Shown here piece by piece: positions 54,722-56,154 of a stretch of DNA of 56,154 nt. Source of the DNA: Octopus bimaculoides (lineage: Eukaryota); contig NC_068983.1 in assembly GCF_001194135.2 (NCBI RefSeq), forward strand, positions 20,549,527 through 20,605,680, written 5' to 3'. The notes beneath the pieces were generated by a model. The model did not search any database, was not told where the DNA came from, and saw nothing but the letters and a program-made list of their open reading frames with translations. The position numbers and the translations under genes are program-made. How positions within the stretch are numbered: position 1 is the stretch's first letter; every line of letters begins with the position of its first letter.

Positions 54722-55013
54722 AAGAGGTGGCTCTAACCACCGCGCCGCAGTCTAGTATTTAACCGTGAATCATTTGATCCGGGTACGCACAGGAAGAATG
54801 CATTTTTATATTTTATTAGCATTTAATTGACCTTCGCAATCTGCAGGGTGTTTTGTATTATATGTGTATTATAAATATAAAATATGTGTCATATATGCAA
54901 TAATTAAATTATACATAATATGAACGAACTTTCCTGTGTTTTGTTGTGTTTTGCATGGAAAAATTACTTTGAATGAAACCGGACCGTGATGCATAAAGTG
55001 TTGGGCACCACTG
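54722..55013. mobile_element. hAT-Charlie MITE resembling MER1/Charlie3
   Basis: The right end is ggaaaaattactttgaatgaaaccggaccgtgatgcataaagtgttgggcaccactg, giving TIR cagtggtgcccaac on the minus strand. The left end is decayed (ggtggctctaaccaccgcgccgc...ccgggtacgcacag). Confidence 0.65.
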
Positions 55014-55904
55014 CTCTATAAAATAATTTACCTGTATAGTTTTCTATTACTAATTTCTACACAGTGAAGCTGTACGAATATCGTATTACCTACGAAAATC
55101 CTATCTTTCGCTGTTACAGTTGTGAAGTGTTAGTTTATATTAATATTTAACGAAAGACTAATATACACCGTATTAAATTGAATCTCAAAGAATATTCATT
55201 TACTGAATCCTTGACACTTTTCACCAAACAAGATGATAGATCATTTCTAGTTGTCTACACTGAGGCAAGAATAACACCGACATCAGTTAAACGATTACTT
55301 CTGTAACGAATGTCTCATGATTATTTAGATGCAGCACCGATGTCTTATATTAAAAAGCCGATATATTTCAGTGTTCTCTATATCTATTCCACATTAAATC
55401 TTAACAGACTTGACATGTTCTTTCTCACCTAACCTCGTTGACGTTGGTATAGCGCCTTTGCAGTCTATAATCAATCATTTACTATCTTAGCATTTTTATT
55501 TATTATTACAGACAAATGAAAAAAAAAAACGAAAAGGTGTGTTTCAATCATATGGCATGGTATATCCTTAGATAAATAAGAAACGACGTTGAATGGAACG
55601 TTACAAAAACATACAAAACATGTCAAGTATAAAGTTTTCTCACTTAGATACTGAGAAAAGACGTGCAAGAATTTTGCTTTTTCATACGATGAAATTCATT
55701 TATTTATTCTAGCTGTTATTGCTTTTTACGTAGAAGGAAAAAAAGAATCATCTTTGAAAGAAAAGAAATTTAAAAACAAAAAAACAGAATCAAGAATATT
55801 TGTGAACAAGTGGAAGGCTTCAATATCTTAACCCATGTAAAATGCTTCACCGTGAACTGCTTCTTATGTTTCTTTGATTTGGACAACAAACACAGACACA
55901 CTTA

Positions 55905-55936
<32 letters not shown>

Positions 55937-56154
55937 ATCTCTCGTGCGCACACACGCGCATACACACACGTATTCACGCGGTAAACATTAGTCAAAACCT
56001 CTTCTTACTTGTATGCACGTGCGTGTGTATGTGTGTGGGAGGGGGGTATAGAACCTCATAAGGCGAATACCGCAGTATTCACTGTTTTACTAATGTATCC
56101 ACGTTAAGTAGGATATGAAGATTACTATTCGGCATTAATACCGCGTCGGTCAGT

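Overview
This is AT-rich, microsatellite-dense eukaryotic DNA with 8 N-gaps. The SINE families and repeat landscape look like octopus/coleoid cephalopod, which is an inference from recalled repeat consensus sequences. The window is mostly intronic or intergenic. No long intact ORF exists: the long ORFs in the track are artefacts of N-gaps and dinucleotide repeats. Supported content is a dead 1.23-kb DD37D (maT) Tc1/mariner element with TIRs, a decayed R4/Dong-type RLE retrotransposon, Tc1, mariner and hAT MITEs, and more than 20 tRNA-derived SINE copies from about 4 families, several in tandem or head-to-head clusters. There are also a few candidate small exons of an unidentified minus-strand gene, the best at 28045-28153. 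The most notable signals are several type I hammerhead-ribozyme (HHR) folds in Penelope-like relics and a ~1.65-kb two-block foldback at 50363-52014. The folds include a 208-bp palindrome whose two arms each carry an HHR with a compensatory base-pair change in stem I.
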